Shown here piece by piece: positions 29,430-39,000 of a stretch of 49,225 nt of DNA. Below the pieces are notes generated by a model. That model worked only from the letters and a program-made list of their open reading frames with translations. It did no database searches and was not told the origin of the DNA. The DNA is from an uncultured Chloroflexota bacterium (GTDB lineage: Bacteria; Chloroflexota; Dehalococcoidia; UBA2979), in contig CAJXBM010000005.1 of NCBI GenBank assembly GCA_913051185.1, positions 1-49,225 on the forward strand, written 5' to 3'. Within the stretch, counting starts at the first letter, position 1. Each line of letters opens with the position of its first letter. The position numbers and the translations under genes are program-made.

Positions 29430-29461
29430 GTTAGAGCTCCATTCTTACTGAGTTAAATTTC

Positions 29462-30721
29462 TCATCCTGCCCATTGACTAAATATCATTGCACTATTGTG
29501 TCCACCTAAGCCAACCGAAGTACTAATAGCATTTCGTATCTCGCGAGGCCGAGCTGAATTAGGCACATAATCTAGATCGCATTCTGGATCAGGACTTCTG
29601 TAATTCAAGGTCGGTGGCAATATATTATTTTCTATCGCTAAAACCGTTAGAGCTGCTTCAACAGCACCCGCTGCCCCCATTAAATGCCCTGTGGCTGCCT
29701 TCGTAGACGACACCGCCAACTCATATGCGGATTCGCCGAAAACTGACTTGATCGCCTTTGTCTCGACCTTGTCATTAAGAAGTGTCCCTGTGCCATGAGC
29801 ATTGATATAGTCAATATCTTGTGGAGAAAGTTCTGCCTGCTTCAAAGCTTCGGCCATTGCATTTGCGATACCTGTTCCATCTGCAGCGACCATATCAAAA
29901 GCATCAGAAGAAGTTGCCGCGGACTTACATTCAGCATAAATATGAGCGCCTCTGGCCACGGCTCGTTCTGACTCTTCCAAAACAAGAACCGCCGCACCTT
30001 CACCTAGAATAAACCCATTCCTATCACTATCAAAAGGTTTGACTGCTTCAACTGGATTATCAGATACAGCAAGAGCCTTCATCGCATTGAAACCTGCGTA
30101 GAAAACCGGCTGTAGCGGCGCCTCATGGCCGCCCGCCAAGACAATATCGGCTTCCCCTCGCTGTATAACGGAAATGGCCTCGCCAGTGGCCGCACCCCCT
30201 GTGGCGCACGCAGCTGTCACGGCAAAGTTAGGCCCCTTCAATCCCAAATCAATCGCAATCAATCCTGATGCTGTATCCGCGAGCATGTTAGTTATCAAAA
30301 AAGGAGATACTCGCCTTGGCCCTTTCTCATCCAAAACACGCTGAGCTTCAACCATTAAATGGCCGCCGCCGATACCAGTGCCTACAACTATTCCCGAGCG
30401 ATTCGGATTTACTTCAGATTGTTCTAATCCCGCATCAGACCATGCCTGTCTCGCTGCCACCATTGCGAAGGATGTCGACAAATCAATCCTTCGCTCTAAT
30501 TTTGGATCTAAAAATTCTGCAGGCTGAAAGTTTTTCACCTCGGCAGCTATTGGATATTCATAATCTTCAGCGGAGAATCTTGAGATATACCCTAAGCCTG
30601 ATTCTCCAGCAATTATCGATCTCCAACTGGAGTCCAAGTCATTCCCTACCGGAGATATAAGTCCAATACCTGTGACCACGACACGCCGCTTTGATAAATC
30701 AGCTGAGTTTTTGGATGACAT
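29462..30721 (-). CDS. fabF: 3-oxoacyl-ACP synthase II (paralogue 3)
   Basis: RRVVVTG, AACATG, NAHGTGT, KAATGH, SVGLGGHN. Start ATG 30721 (MSSKN). Confidence 0.9.
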   Translation of the reverse strand: MSSKNSADLSKRRVVVTGIGLISPVGNDLDSSWRSIIAGESGLGYISRFSAEDYEYPIAAEVKNFQPAEFLDPKLERRIDLSTSFAMVAARQAWSDAGLEQSEVNPNRSGIVVGTGIGGGHLMVEAQRVLDEKGPRRVSPFLITNMLADTASGLIAIDLGLKGPNFAVTAACATGGAATGEAISVIQRGEADIVLAGGHEAPLQPVFYAGFNAMKALAVSDNPVEAVKPFDSDRNGFILGEGAAVLVLEESERAVARGAHIYAECKSAATSSDAFDMVAADGTGIANAMAEALKQAELSPQDIDYINAHGTGTLLNDKVETKAIKSVFGESAYELAVSSTKAATGHLMGAAGAVEAALTVLAIENNILPPTLNYRSPDPECDLDYVPNSARPREIRNAISTSVGLGGHNSAMIFSQWAG

Positions 30722-30737
30722 AGGCAGCTCGTCTAAA

Positions 30738-31742
30738 CTAATTAATTGATTCGGTCGCGAAGATAGAAATAGGAATCGGATCCTGTCGAGCATCATCGAG
30801 TGACACTGCTATCGACGTCGAGTTAATGCGCCGAATCATTCTTGAAAGAGAATGTCCTGGACCAGCTTCAATAAATAGCTCTATCCCCTCTGATATCATT
30901 TTTCTGACATTACTCGCCCACATAACTGGTGATTTTAACTGATCTTCAAATTCATTTCTGACTTCAATTCCGGACACCATTAGGTGAGAGCCGATGTTAC
31001 TCACGATAGGAGCACACGGTGATTTGAAATCGACCTTACGGACAATTTCCGCAAATTCACTTGCCTGAGATTCGTGTAACGGAGTATGACTACTCACCTT
31101 AAGCTTCAACCGAATTGCCTTACCATGCTTGCCCTTAACGATGCCCATCGCTCGTTCTAAAGCAGCCACATCACCGGAAATTACAGTTTGCAAATCTTCG
31201 TTATGATTTGCTACATCCACTCTATTTTCAGGGCCTGAAGTCGCAGTCGAACAAACCTCAGCTACTACGTCATATTCCAACCCTATGATTGCTGCCATCC
31301 CCACAGGTCGTGCCTCATTGAAACTTCCCATCAATCGAGAACGTTCAAGAATCAAGCCTAACGAATCTTTAAAAGATAAGGCACCCGAGGCGACAGCAGC
31401 GGTAAACATACCCATTGAGTGACCTCCAAAAAATTGGGGGTCGATTGTGAAATTAATTTCGTTTAATTTTTCCTTCATTGCACGATACGTGGCGAGAGAA
31501 GTTGTGAGCACCGCGGGCTGAGTATTATGAGTGGACGCCAACGCATCTTCATCTGACTCAAAACAAATCTTAGCTAGATCTACACCAACAATTTCAGAAG
31601 CCTCCGAATACGTATCTCTCGCAGCCTGTGAAGCCTCGTATGCACGTCGGCCCATTCCGCTCGACTGGGCACCCTGTCCTGGAAATACCACCGCTGATCC
31701 ATGTGCACCAAGCTTGGCCACCCGAGAATCGATCATAAACAC
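30738..31742 (-). CDS. fabD: Malonyl-CoA:ACP transacylase
   Basis: FPGQGAQ, TQPA, GHSMG (catalytic Ser), R..LM, Q.VISG, SSH, E.GPG. Confidence 0.92.
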   Translation of the reverse strand: MFMIDSRVAKLGAHGSAVVFPGQGAQSSGMGRRAYEASQAARDTYSEASEIVGVDLAKICFESDEDALASTHNTQPAVLTTSLATYRAMKEKLNEINFTIDPQFFGGHSMGMFTAAVASGALSFKDSLGLILERSRLMGSFNEARPVGMAAIIGLEYDVVAEVCSTATSGPENRVDVANHNEDLQTVISGDVAALERAMGIVKGKHGKAIRLKLKVSSHTPLHESQASEFAEIVRKVDFKSPCAPIVSNIGSHLMVSGIEVRNEFEDQLKSPVMWASNVRKMISEGIELFIEAGPGHSLSRMIRRINSTSIAVSLDDARQDPIPISIFATESIN

Positions 31743-31768
31743 CCAACCATCGCTCTCTGCCTGTCCTC

Positions 31769-31795
31769 ACGGAAGGCTGAATTCAGCGGCACCGT
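31769..31795 (-). promoter_or_regulatory. Palindrome/hairpin in the leader of fabD-fabF-fabF
   Basis: Perfect 12-bp palindrome GCTGAATTCAGC (31776-31787) flanked by ACGG/CCGT, downstream of a TACAAT -10-like hexamer on the minus strand. Confidence 0.35.
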
Positions 31796-31845
31796 TCCCC
31801 GTAGTTGAGATTGTACTCTACACCAGCATTATTAAGACAGATTAC

Positions 31846-33453
31846 CTAAATATTAGCGGTCGGAGGATCCAAAACCTTGCGAGCCTCGGGTAGTGCACGA
31901 ACAATATCTGACGCCAGTGTCGCCGCATCACCGTAGACTTCACTTACCTGACGTGCAGCCTCTGCATGCATGTAAACCGCAGCACTAGCCGCATCGTATG
32001 AATTAATTTGCTGAGCCAAAAAACCGCCAGTAATTCCCGCAAGCACATCGCCCGTACCTCCGTGAGAGAGCGCAGAGCTCGCAGTATCCGAAAGTCTGGC
32101 TTCACCATTAATGTTGGAAATCACCGTGCCTGGACCCTTAAGAACAACTGTGGATTTTGATCTCTGAGCATAATCCGCAGCGACTTTTAATTTGTTTTGT
32201 CTAATATAATCGACTTCCAATCCGGTAAGGGTAGCCATTTCGCCAAGGTGTGGAGTGATAATAACTACTTGTCTAGTCAGTGATCGCCAATCTTCAATAC
32301 GCGCGAGCGCATTTAAACCGTCTGCATCAATTACTACACCTTGAAAGTCGACTGATACAACTTCATCTAATCCGGACAGAAATATCCTCACAAAGTCGAC
32401 AGTATTTTCATTATTACCGATCCCCGAACCCAGTAATATCGACTTAAACGAACGAGTTTTTAACTCATTCAATAACCCCTTCGCTGCCACCTCCCCGCCT
32501 AAATAACCATCCACATCGAAAGTAGGCAAATGGGAAATATCCGGAAGTGAAACTAGCAAAGATTGAATACTTTCTGGGGCAGCGAGTGTTACGGACCCAA
32601 CGCCAGTTCGAGCGGCGGCTTCAATCGCCAAACGAGCAGCTCCTGGATAGTTCCTAGATCCAGCAATAACTAGCAAGCGGCCGAATGTCCCTTTGTGACC
32701 ATCATTTGGTCTGGTAGGTAAAGCCCTGCGCAGGTCATGAAGTCTCAAACTTTGATACGGAATATCAACAGATTCTATGGCTGGTCCTGGGATTCCAATA
32801 TCAACTTCAACAGTTCTTCCACTATATTTTCTGCCGTCGCCCACGTAGTGACCAACTTTGCTGAATCCAAAAGTTACAGTCATTTCTGCAGGCACAGCGC
32901 AAACATCTGCCTCACCTGTGTCCGAATTTAATCCACTAGAAATATCAACGGCTATAACTCTGACTGGTGGGACTGCCGCAGCTGCCGCCTGCAATCGATT
33001 TAAAATCTCCGCATAAATGCCATCGATTGGTCTTTTTGTTGTATCAAAACCAATGCCAAAGATCCCGTCAAGCACAATGGTTGCTCGTTCCAGCAAAACC
33101 TCTAATTCCTCAAATTCACCATCTGCATTGGCAACCGCAAATGGTATTCCAAGTTCTTCAACGGCCGCCCATGATCTATCGGATTGATCTCGCGGACCGG
33201 TCAAGTAAACGAACACTGACGCGCCATAACCGTGAAGATGACGCGCAGCGATAAGTGCATCAGATCCATTAGTTCCCGGACCACAAATTACAAGAACAGG
33301 CCGGCCTTCCATAGTTCCCATTGCCATCCAACATTCTTGCGCTACAGCTAATCCGGCAGACTCCATCAGATCTTCATTGGTAACACCCTGTTTCAAGGCC
33401 TCGCGCTCTAAAGACTGCATTTGCTCTGTAGTAACGATCTGTCCACTAGCCAT
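31846..33453 (-). CDS. nnr: Bifunctional NAD(P)H-hydrate epimerase/dehydratase
   Basis: LMESAG, CGPG.NG.D, DGIFGIG, AVDI.SG, HKGTFG, Y.GAA.L, DADGLN, TPH.GEM, LKG, GGTGDVLAG. Confidence 0.93.
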   Translation of the reverse strand: MASGQIVTTEQMQSLEREALKQGVTNEDLMESAGLAVAQECWMAMGTMEGRPVLVICGPGTNGSDALIAARHLHGYGASVFVYLTGPRDQSDRSWAAVEELGIPFAVANADGEFEELEVLLERATIVLDGIFGIGFDTTKRPIDGIYAEILNRLQAAAAAVPPVRVIAVDISSGLNSDTGEADVCAVPAEMTVTFGFSKVGHYVGDGRKYSGRTVEVDIGIPGPAIESVDIPYQSLRLHDLRRALPTRPNDGHKGTFGRLLVIAGSRNYPGAARLAIEAAARTGVGSVTLAAPESIQSLLVSLPDISHLPTFDVDGYLGGEVAAKGLLNELKTRSFKSILLGSGIGNNENTVDFVRIFLSGLDEVVSVDFQGVVIDADGLNALARIEDWRSLTRQVVIITPHLGEMATLTGLEVDYIRQNKLKVAADYAQRSKSTVVLKGPGTVISNINGEARLSDTASSALSHGGTGDVLAGITGGFLAQQINSYDAASAAVYMHAEAARQVSEVYGDAATLASDIVRALPEARKVLDPPTANI

Positions 33454-33486
33454 AAATTTGCCTTCCTGCATACCCCATCACTTTAT

Positions 33487-34005
33487 TTAGAAACGACCCA
33501 CACCATCTACCCCAACCTCTTCGGGCGGATCACCTTCGGTCGCTCCGAGCAATCCACGTTCTCTGAGTCTGTACAATAATTTCTCCCGAGCATCTCCATG
33601 ACGTTGCTCTGGAGAAGTCTGAAAACTCACTACAACTGCCACGGCAAAAGACATTAAATGAGTTAACGAGATATCTATCGCTGTCAGGCCGATAACGTTA
33701 GCTCTCGCTCTCGCGCCTCCGTAAAGATATACCAGTGGCTTACCGCGCTGATCTGGAAGTACTTCAATTTCCCGCCATCCTACTGACCTTGCTCCCGTAC
33801 CCAAGGCTTTCATCAAAGCCTCTTTTGCTGCAAATCTGGCCGCTAATTCAGCTACTCTCCCCCTACAAAAAGCTATCTCTGCCTCGGTATAAACACGCTT
33901 AAGGAATCTCTCCGGATGTCGTGCGAGAACACGACCAACCCGATCAGTCTCGATCATATCTACTCCAACTGCATGGGAGCCAGCTTTTGAAGTTTCTAGC
34001 ATCAT
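33487..34005 (-). CDS. acpS: Holo-ACP synthase (4'-phosphopantetheinyl transferase)
   Basis: GVD.IE..R, LAARFAAKEA..KALGTG, GKP, ISLTH, plus a C-terminal extension of about 45 aa. Confidence 0.93.
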   Translation of the reverse strand: MMLETSKAGSHAVGVDMIETDRVGRVLARHPERFLKRVYTEAEIAFCRGRVAELAARFAAKEALMKALGTGARSVGWREIEVLPDQRGKPLVYLYGGARARANVIGLTAIDISLTHLMSFAVAVVVSFQTSPEQRHGDAREKLLYRLRERGLLGATEGDPPEEVGVDGVGRF

Positions 34006-34892
34006 TCGCCATCCAACATTACAGCGGCAGAGAGCGTGTTTGATAACAGCATAGCAACAGTCATTGGGCCGACCCCGCCCGGAACGGGCGTGACTGCACC
34101 TGCCACACTCTGCACGCCAGCAAAATCGACATCACCAACCAAACGACGACCGCTCTTTCGAGTGCTATCCGAAATCCAATTAGTGCCTACATCAATGACG
34201 GTAGCTCCCGTTCTGACTAAATCAGTGGTGATCGTATTCACCTGTCCAGTAGCAACGATAAGAATATCCGCAAATCTTGTGAAGTCTCCAAGTGACTGCG
34301 CACCTGTGTGTACTAAGGTAACAATCGCATTAAGGCCCGATCCACGCTGCGAAAGCATAATCGATAATGGTCGCCCTACTAACATAGACCGTCCTACTAT
34401 TACTACATGAGAACCCTCTGTCGAAATCTTTGATCGTTTAAGAATTTCGATTATCCCTGCAGGTGTAGCTGGCGAATGAACTGGATCTCCCCTGCTCAAT
34501 CTACCTAGACTTGCGTCGGTCAAACCATCTACATCCTTTTCTAGACATATATTGGAAATTGCTGCAACTTCGTCCAAATGAGCGGGAATAGGTAGCTGCA
34601 AAATAATACCGTGTACATCAGATCGATCATTCAAGTCCCGCAAAATAGCTGCCAATTTCGAATCACTTGTAGATTCAGGAACCACGACAACATCGGACTC
34701 CATTCCTACATCACTCGCCGAACGAGATTTATTCCTGACATATGTCCGAGAAGCAGGATCGTCACCGACTACCACCGCCACAAGTTTTGGAATGCTTTTA
34801 CCGCTGCGCCTCCGGTAGGTAATTCTAGCTCGCAGCTCGTCGAGGATATCGTTGGCAATGGCTCTTCCGTCAATAATTTCCGCACTCATCAA
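34002..34892 (-). CDS. folD: Methylenetetrahydrofolate dehydrogenase/cyclohydrolase
   Basis: IIDG, Y...K, HGIILQLP, KDVDG, GRS..VGRP, IDVG, GDVD, TPVPGGVGPMT. Confidence 0.96.
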   Translation of the reverse strand: MMSAEIIDGRAIANDILDELRARITYRRRSGKSIPKLVAVVVGDDPASRTYVRNKSRSASDVGMESDVVVVPESTSDSKLAAILRDLNDRSDVHGIILQLPIPAHLDEVAAISNICLEKDVDGLTDASLGRLSRGDPVHSPATPAGIIEILKRSKISTEGSHVVIVGRSMLVGRPLSIMLSQRGSGLNAIVTLVHTGAQSLGDFTRFADILIVATGQVNTITTDLVRTGATVIDVGTNWISDSTRKSGRRLVGDVDFAGVQSVAGAVTPVPGGVGPMTVAMLLSNTLSAAVMLDGE

Positions 34893-34979
34893 ACTAGTTT
34901 ACTGCCTCACCTACTATGAATAAGATGCACACCATTAATACATACGAGCACTCAACCAAATTTCCTATAAAATGCATAT

Positions 34980-36090
34980 ATGCATAATCTAATCCAACGT
35001 TGCGAAGAATTGTCAGCACGTGTTCATGACGTACAGGTGCGACTTTGACCTCCCAACGCAACAAGTGACCCTAGATGCTCTTCGCGAAAAAACACAACAA
35101 CCTGATTTTTGGGCTAACCAAGACACTGCAAAAACAATAATGCGTGATGTTGCAAGAATTGAGCGCGAGATCCAAACTTGGCAATCCTTGGAAGAATCAT
35201 TAGCTGAAAATCAGGAATTAATCGAACTTTTCGTTGATGACTCGTCTGAGGAGCTTGAATCTGAAATAATTGCTGCACTCGATCAGATTGAAACTCAGTT
35301 TAAGACTCTCGAACTCCGACTGAAATTAGGAGGAGATTATGACAACCGCCCTGCTGTCATTTCAGTCTATGCCGGCAGCGGCGGAACAGATGCTCAAGAC
35401 TGGGCCGAACTCCTTCTACGAATGTACATTCGATGGGCGAATTCACAACAAATGAAGACAGAAATAATCTCTATTACGAATGGTGACGAAGCTGGTATCA
35501 AATCCGCTGATATCAAAATTACCGGTGACTTCGCCTACGGACTATTGCAGTCTGAAAAAGGCGTACACCGACTGGTTCGCATATCACCCTTTGACTCCGC
35601 TAAGGCCCGGCATACCTCATTCGCACTAGTTGAAATAGTACCCGAGGCACAACATGGTGAACTAGTGATAGATATAAAAACTGATGAACTTCGCATAGAT
35701 ACTTTTAAAGCCTCAGGTAACGGCGGACAAAATGTTCAAAAAAATGACACTGCCGTGCGAATAGTGCATGAACCTACTGGAATAGTCGTGACGTGCCAAA
35801 ACGAGCGTTCGCAAGGACGAAATCGGGAACAAGCAATGCTCGTATTAGAATCACGACTTCTAGACATAGAAATAAAACGTCGGGAGGAAGAAGAGGCTAA
35901 GCTGCGCGGTGAACACATTGAAGCTGGCTGGGGAAACCAAATCAGATCATACGTCCTACATCCATATCGAATGGTCAAAGATCTTCGCACAAATTATGAG
36001 ACGTCTGCTGTTGATGATGTTCTCGATGGAGAGCTCATGCCTCTAATAAATTCATACCTCGACGAGAAAGTGGGGAAATCAGTTGGCTAA
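34980..36090 (+). CDS. prfB: Peptide chain release factor 2 with programmed +1 frameshift (join 34980-35045, 35047-36090)
   Basis: Frame 0 MHNLIQRCEELSARVHDVQVRL ends in CTT-TGA-C (35043-35049). The +1 frame has GGTDAQDW, SPF, GGQ and WGNQIRSY. Confidence 0.96.
35035..35049 (+). other. prfB +1 ribosomal frameshift site
   Basis: Internal SD-like AGGTG, 3-nt spacer CGA, then CTT TGA C. Confidence 0.93.
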
Positions 36091-37474
36091 TTTAAAAATC
36101 AACAAAGCTTTAGTCGTATCCTTGCTTCTATCAATTCTGACGATTTTGCTAGTGACTGAAAAATCAGCAAGCGTGGCTCAAGCTCAAACCAATAACGACA
36201 TAAACCTTATCGAGTCGAAAGCCACAGGAATAGACCCAAAAAAAATTCTGTTCCAAATCACCCTTGATACATCTTCTTCGATCCAAGAAATTGAGCTCAA
36301 TTATGTTGTTGAATCACCTGAAACAAATGTGGGTGGAACTCAAATTATCGACGCTCAGGGGAAATCTGGTTATCAGGTTTTCAGCACGGAGTTATCAACT
36401 AATGATAGCTCTAGGTACATCCCAATTGGAGTTACCATCACGTATCACTGGATCATAAAAAGCGACACCGGCGCTCTGCTCACAACTGGACAACAAACCT
36501 ATGTGTTTCTTGATGGACGTTTTGATTGGAAGAAAAAACAATCAGACAACATTGTAGTGTTCTACTACGGCGATAACCAACGAGGAACAACAGGAATTGG
36601 GGCTACAAAAGATGCTTTAGAGAGTGTTAGCGACCTTCTGCAAGTAAAGGTGCCTTATAAAGTTACAGTGGTCATATGGGATACCGAACGCAATGGCGAA
36701 GCAGCTCAAAGATCTCGTGGTTCAACCTTTGACGCAGCCGTGTCCACATTAGGAACCCGAGTAGCGACGGATCTAGTCCATATTTACGAAACACGTGGTG
36801 ATTATGCGGATACTACTCGACATGAAATAGCTCATATAGTCACACACGTAGCAGGAGATGGATCAATTGGGAAAATTCCATCGTGGTTAGACGAAGGCAC
36901 AGCAGTGTACGCTCAAAAAAATACCACTGGAAGAAAATTTGCTTTGGAGCAAGCTGTACGCCAGGACAATCTCTTCAGGCCAAAAACAGAGGGAGTTGGC
37001 GCGCCGAATACAAGCGAAACTGTAGATGCATTTTATGGTCAGTCACACGCAATGGTTGTTTTCATGATCAACACTTGGGGTGAACAAAAGTTTTCAGAAT
37101 TATTTAGTGTAATCAAGGCTGGGTCCAAACCCGACGGGGCATTCCAAACGGTCTACGGAATTGATCTCGATAACTTCTATAACCAATACCGAATTTATGA
37201 AGGACTTTCGCCGATTGAATTTAAAAAGATTGAAATCAAATCCCCGCCAAAAACAGCAGCTACGCAAGTGCCCTACACAATTGCCACAGGAACAAAAATC
37301 ACAAGTGACACTAAAGCTAACAAAGAAAATTCATCAACGGGAGTTTCTGACACTTCCACAAGCAAAGAAACTGGAGCAAACAGCAATAGCACCCGCGCAC
37401 TCGTGGTAGGACTCATAACCGTTGTCCTGGCTCTAACCTTAGGATTTGTGTCCTACCGGTTAGTGAAACGGTAG
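36083..37474 (+). CDS. Exported, membrane-anchored peptidase MA-like (gluzincin) metallopeptidase
   Basis: N-terminal hydrophobic signal, HEIAH plus downstream WLDEG, Ser/Thr-rich linker, C-terminal TM helix and basic tail. Confidence 0.82.
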   Translation: MANLKINKALVVSLLLSILTILLVTEKSASVAQAQTNNDINLIESKATGIDPKKILFQITLDTSSSIQEIELNYVVESPETNVGGTQIIDAQGKSGYQVFSTELSTNDSSRYIPIGVTITYHWIIKSDTGALLTTGQQTYVFLDGRFDWKKKQSDNIVVFYYGDNQRGTTGIGATKDALESVSDLLQVKVPYKVTVVIWDTERNGEAAQRSRGSTFDAAVSTLGTRVATDLVHIYETRGDYADTTRHEIAHIVTHVAGDGSIGKIPSWLDEGTAVYAQKNTTGRKFALEQAVRQDNLFRPKTEGVGAPNTSETVDAFYGQSHAMVVFMINTWGEQKFSELFSVIKAGSKPDGAFQTVYGIDLDNFYNQYRIYEGLSPIEFKKIEIKSPPKTAATQVPYTIATGTKITSDTKANKENSSTGVSDTSTSKETGANSNSTRALVVGLITVVLALTLGFVSYRLVKR

Positions 37475-37480
37475 GCTGAG

Positions 37481-38101
37481 ATGATTAAGTCTAATTCTAT
37501 TGTCAGCAATATTCGAGATTCTGGGCGAAGTCTGCTCAGTCGAATTATCGCGCCCGTTATTGATGGGATGATTGCACTGCGTATCACGCCATCAATGATT
37601 ACCATCGCCGGATTAATCGGGTGTATCCCAGCAATGATTCTTGTTGCACAAGGCAACCTCCTTCTAGGTGGAATAATTTTCTTTGTCAGCTCACTCTTAG
37701 ATCTATTCGATGGGGCGTTGGCAAGAAAAAGTAACTCAAGCTCTGATAGAGGGGCACTATTGGACTCAGTTGCTGACAGGGTATCGGAAGTACTTATCAT
37801 GGCTGGTATCCTCTATTTTGGCTGGTCAATTCAAGACAAAAGCATAGTCCTGTTCTCTTTCGGATCCGTTGTAGGATCTCTTCTTGTGTCCTATATTCGA
37901 GCTCGAGCAGAAGGGCTTGGCTTAAACTTGAGTGACGGCTGGTTTACAAGACCTGAACGAGTCATTCTCATAAGCGGATTACTTCTCTTCAATCTTGTAT
38001 CACAGGGTTTAATTCTTTTAACGATACTTACGTTCTTCACTGCACTCCAAAGATGGAAACTGGCGGACGAAAAGTTAAAAATGATAAATGACAAATTCTA
38101 A
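37481..38101 (+). CDS. pgsA: CDP-alcohol phosphatidyltransferase, PgsA/PIP synthase-like
   Basis: TP..IT, DLFDGALAR...GALLDSVADR, LVSYIRARAEGLG and R.ER, all typical of the PI(P)-synthase-like subgroup. Inositol genes are adjacent. Confidence 0.8.
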   Translation: MIKSNSIVSNIRDSGRSLLSRIIAPVIDGMIALRITPSMITIAGLIGCIPAMILVAQGNLLLGGIIFFVSSLLDLFDGALARKSNSSSDRGALLDSVADRVSEVLIMAGILYFGWSIQDKSIVLFSFGSVVGSLLVSYIRARAEGLGLNLSDGWFTRPERVILISGLLLFNLVSQGLILLTILTFFTALQRWKLADEKLKMINDKF

Positions 38102-38112
38102 AGGCTAGGTAT

Positions 38113-39000
38113 ATGTCAAAAGAAACAGAATCCACCATGACTGACAATACCAAAAGTGCGGAAAATCCATTATCGAGAGAGGCCGAAGCACAACTTGCCT
38201 CAACTTTGCAACAAAATATTCAAAGAAGACTCTCACTCGACGTCTGGTCCCGCCCATCGAGTTCAATTTATCGGAGTGATCGCGACGACGCCCGCCATGG
38301 TCTCGAAATGATAAATCTCGTCAGACAAATTACCTCACTGCATCCGGCTATATCTTTCACGCCATACAACATTGACACTTTTGCCGAAAGAGCCAAACAA
38401 GATTTTGTCACTGTAGCGCCAACAATAGTTGCTCGATCTGCCGGACACTCTGTCCGACTCGTTGGCATTCCAGCTGGGACATTATTTCCTGCATTCATCG
38501 ACGTAATAGTTTCTCTCACCTATCTGAGTCTGCCTTTAGATGATGAAATTTATCAAATAATCGAAAAAATCGAGTCAAACGTAGATAACAAAGCACCTGT
38601 TGAGGTCGAGCTATTCGTGACGCCCTATGACGATGTGTCCAGCCGACTTTATGGAATTTTTGGTGTCTTGGCCGCGGCTACAAAGTCGGTAAGGGTAACC
38701 ATTACTGAAATTGCCGAGTTCCCAATACTGGCGAAAAATAGGCTTATCGAGCAAGTTCCTGTCGTAACACTTAATGGGCATCGATTTATCGGTGTTTGGG
38801 CGCTACACGAGATACTTCATCAAATTTTACACATAGCTAAATCTGAGGATGACATCGTTGTACGTCAAGAATCTTTTTCTGGACCCTATGTTAGCGAGGA
38901 TGAGGCGTTAAGATTAGTCAGTGAGCAATCTCAATCTGACTCCAATACCGGTGATCCAGACCTAAAGGAAACTGATAGCGGCTTGCTCATTCCCCGATAG
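38113..39000 (+). CDS. Tandem-thioredoxin-fold protein (PDO/AhpF-NTD-like) lacking all cysteines
   Basis: APTI, GIPAG..F..FI, VELFVTP, EFP.LA....EQVP...LNG. The CxxC positions are replaced and there is no Cys in 295 aa. Confidence 0.7.
   Translation: MSKETESTMTDNTKSAENPLSREAEAQLASTLQQNIQRRLSLDVWSRPSSSIYRSDRDDARHGLEMINLVRQITSLHPAISFTPYNIDTFAERAKQDFVTVAPTIVARSAGHSVRLVGIPAGTLFPAFIDVIVSLTYLSLPLDDEIYQIIEKIESNVDNKAPVEVELFVTPYDDVSSRLYGIFGVLAAATKSVRVTITEIAEFPILAKNRLIEQVPVVTLNGHRFIGVWALHEILHQILHIAKSEDDIVVRQESFSGPYVSEDEALRLVSEQSQSDSNTGDPDLKETDSGLLIPR

Noticed and set aside
30722-30796. N-terminal extension of fabF paralogue 3
   Set aside because: It overlaps fabD. ATG 30721 gives a normal FabF start.
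7856-34005. Type II PKS cluster (ccr + KS + AT + PPTase)
   Set aside because: All ketosynthases keep the active Cys (no chain-length factor), there is no ACP, cyclase or tailoring gene, and the genes are interspersed with housekeeping loci.
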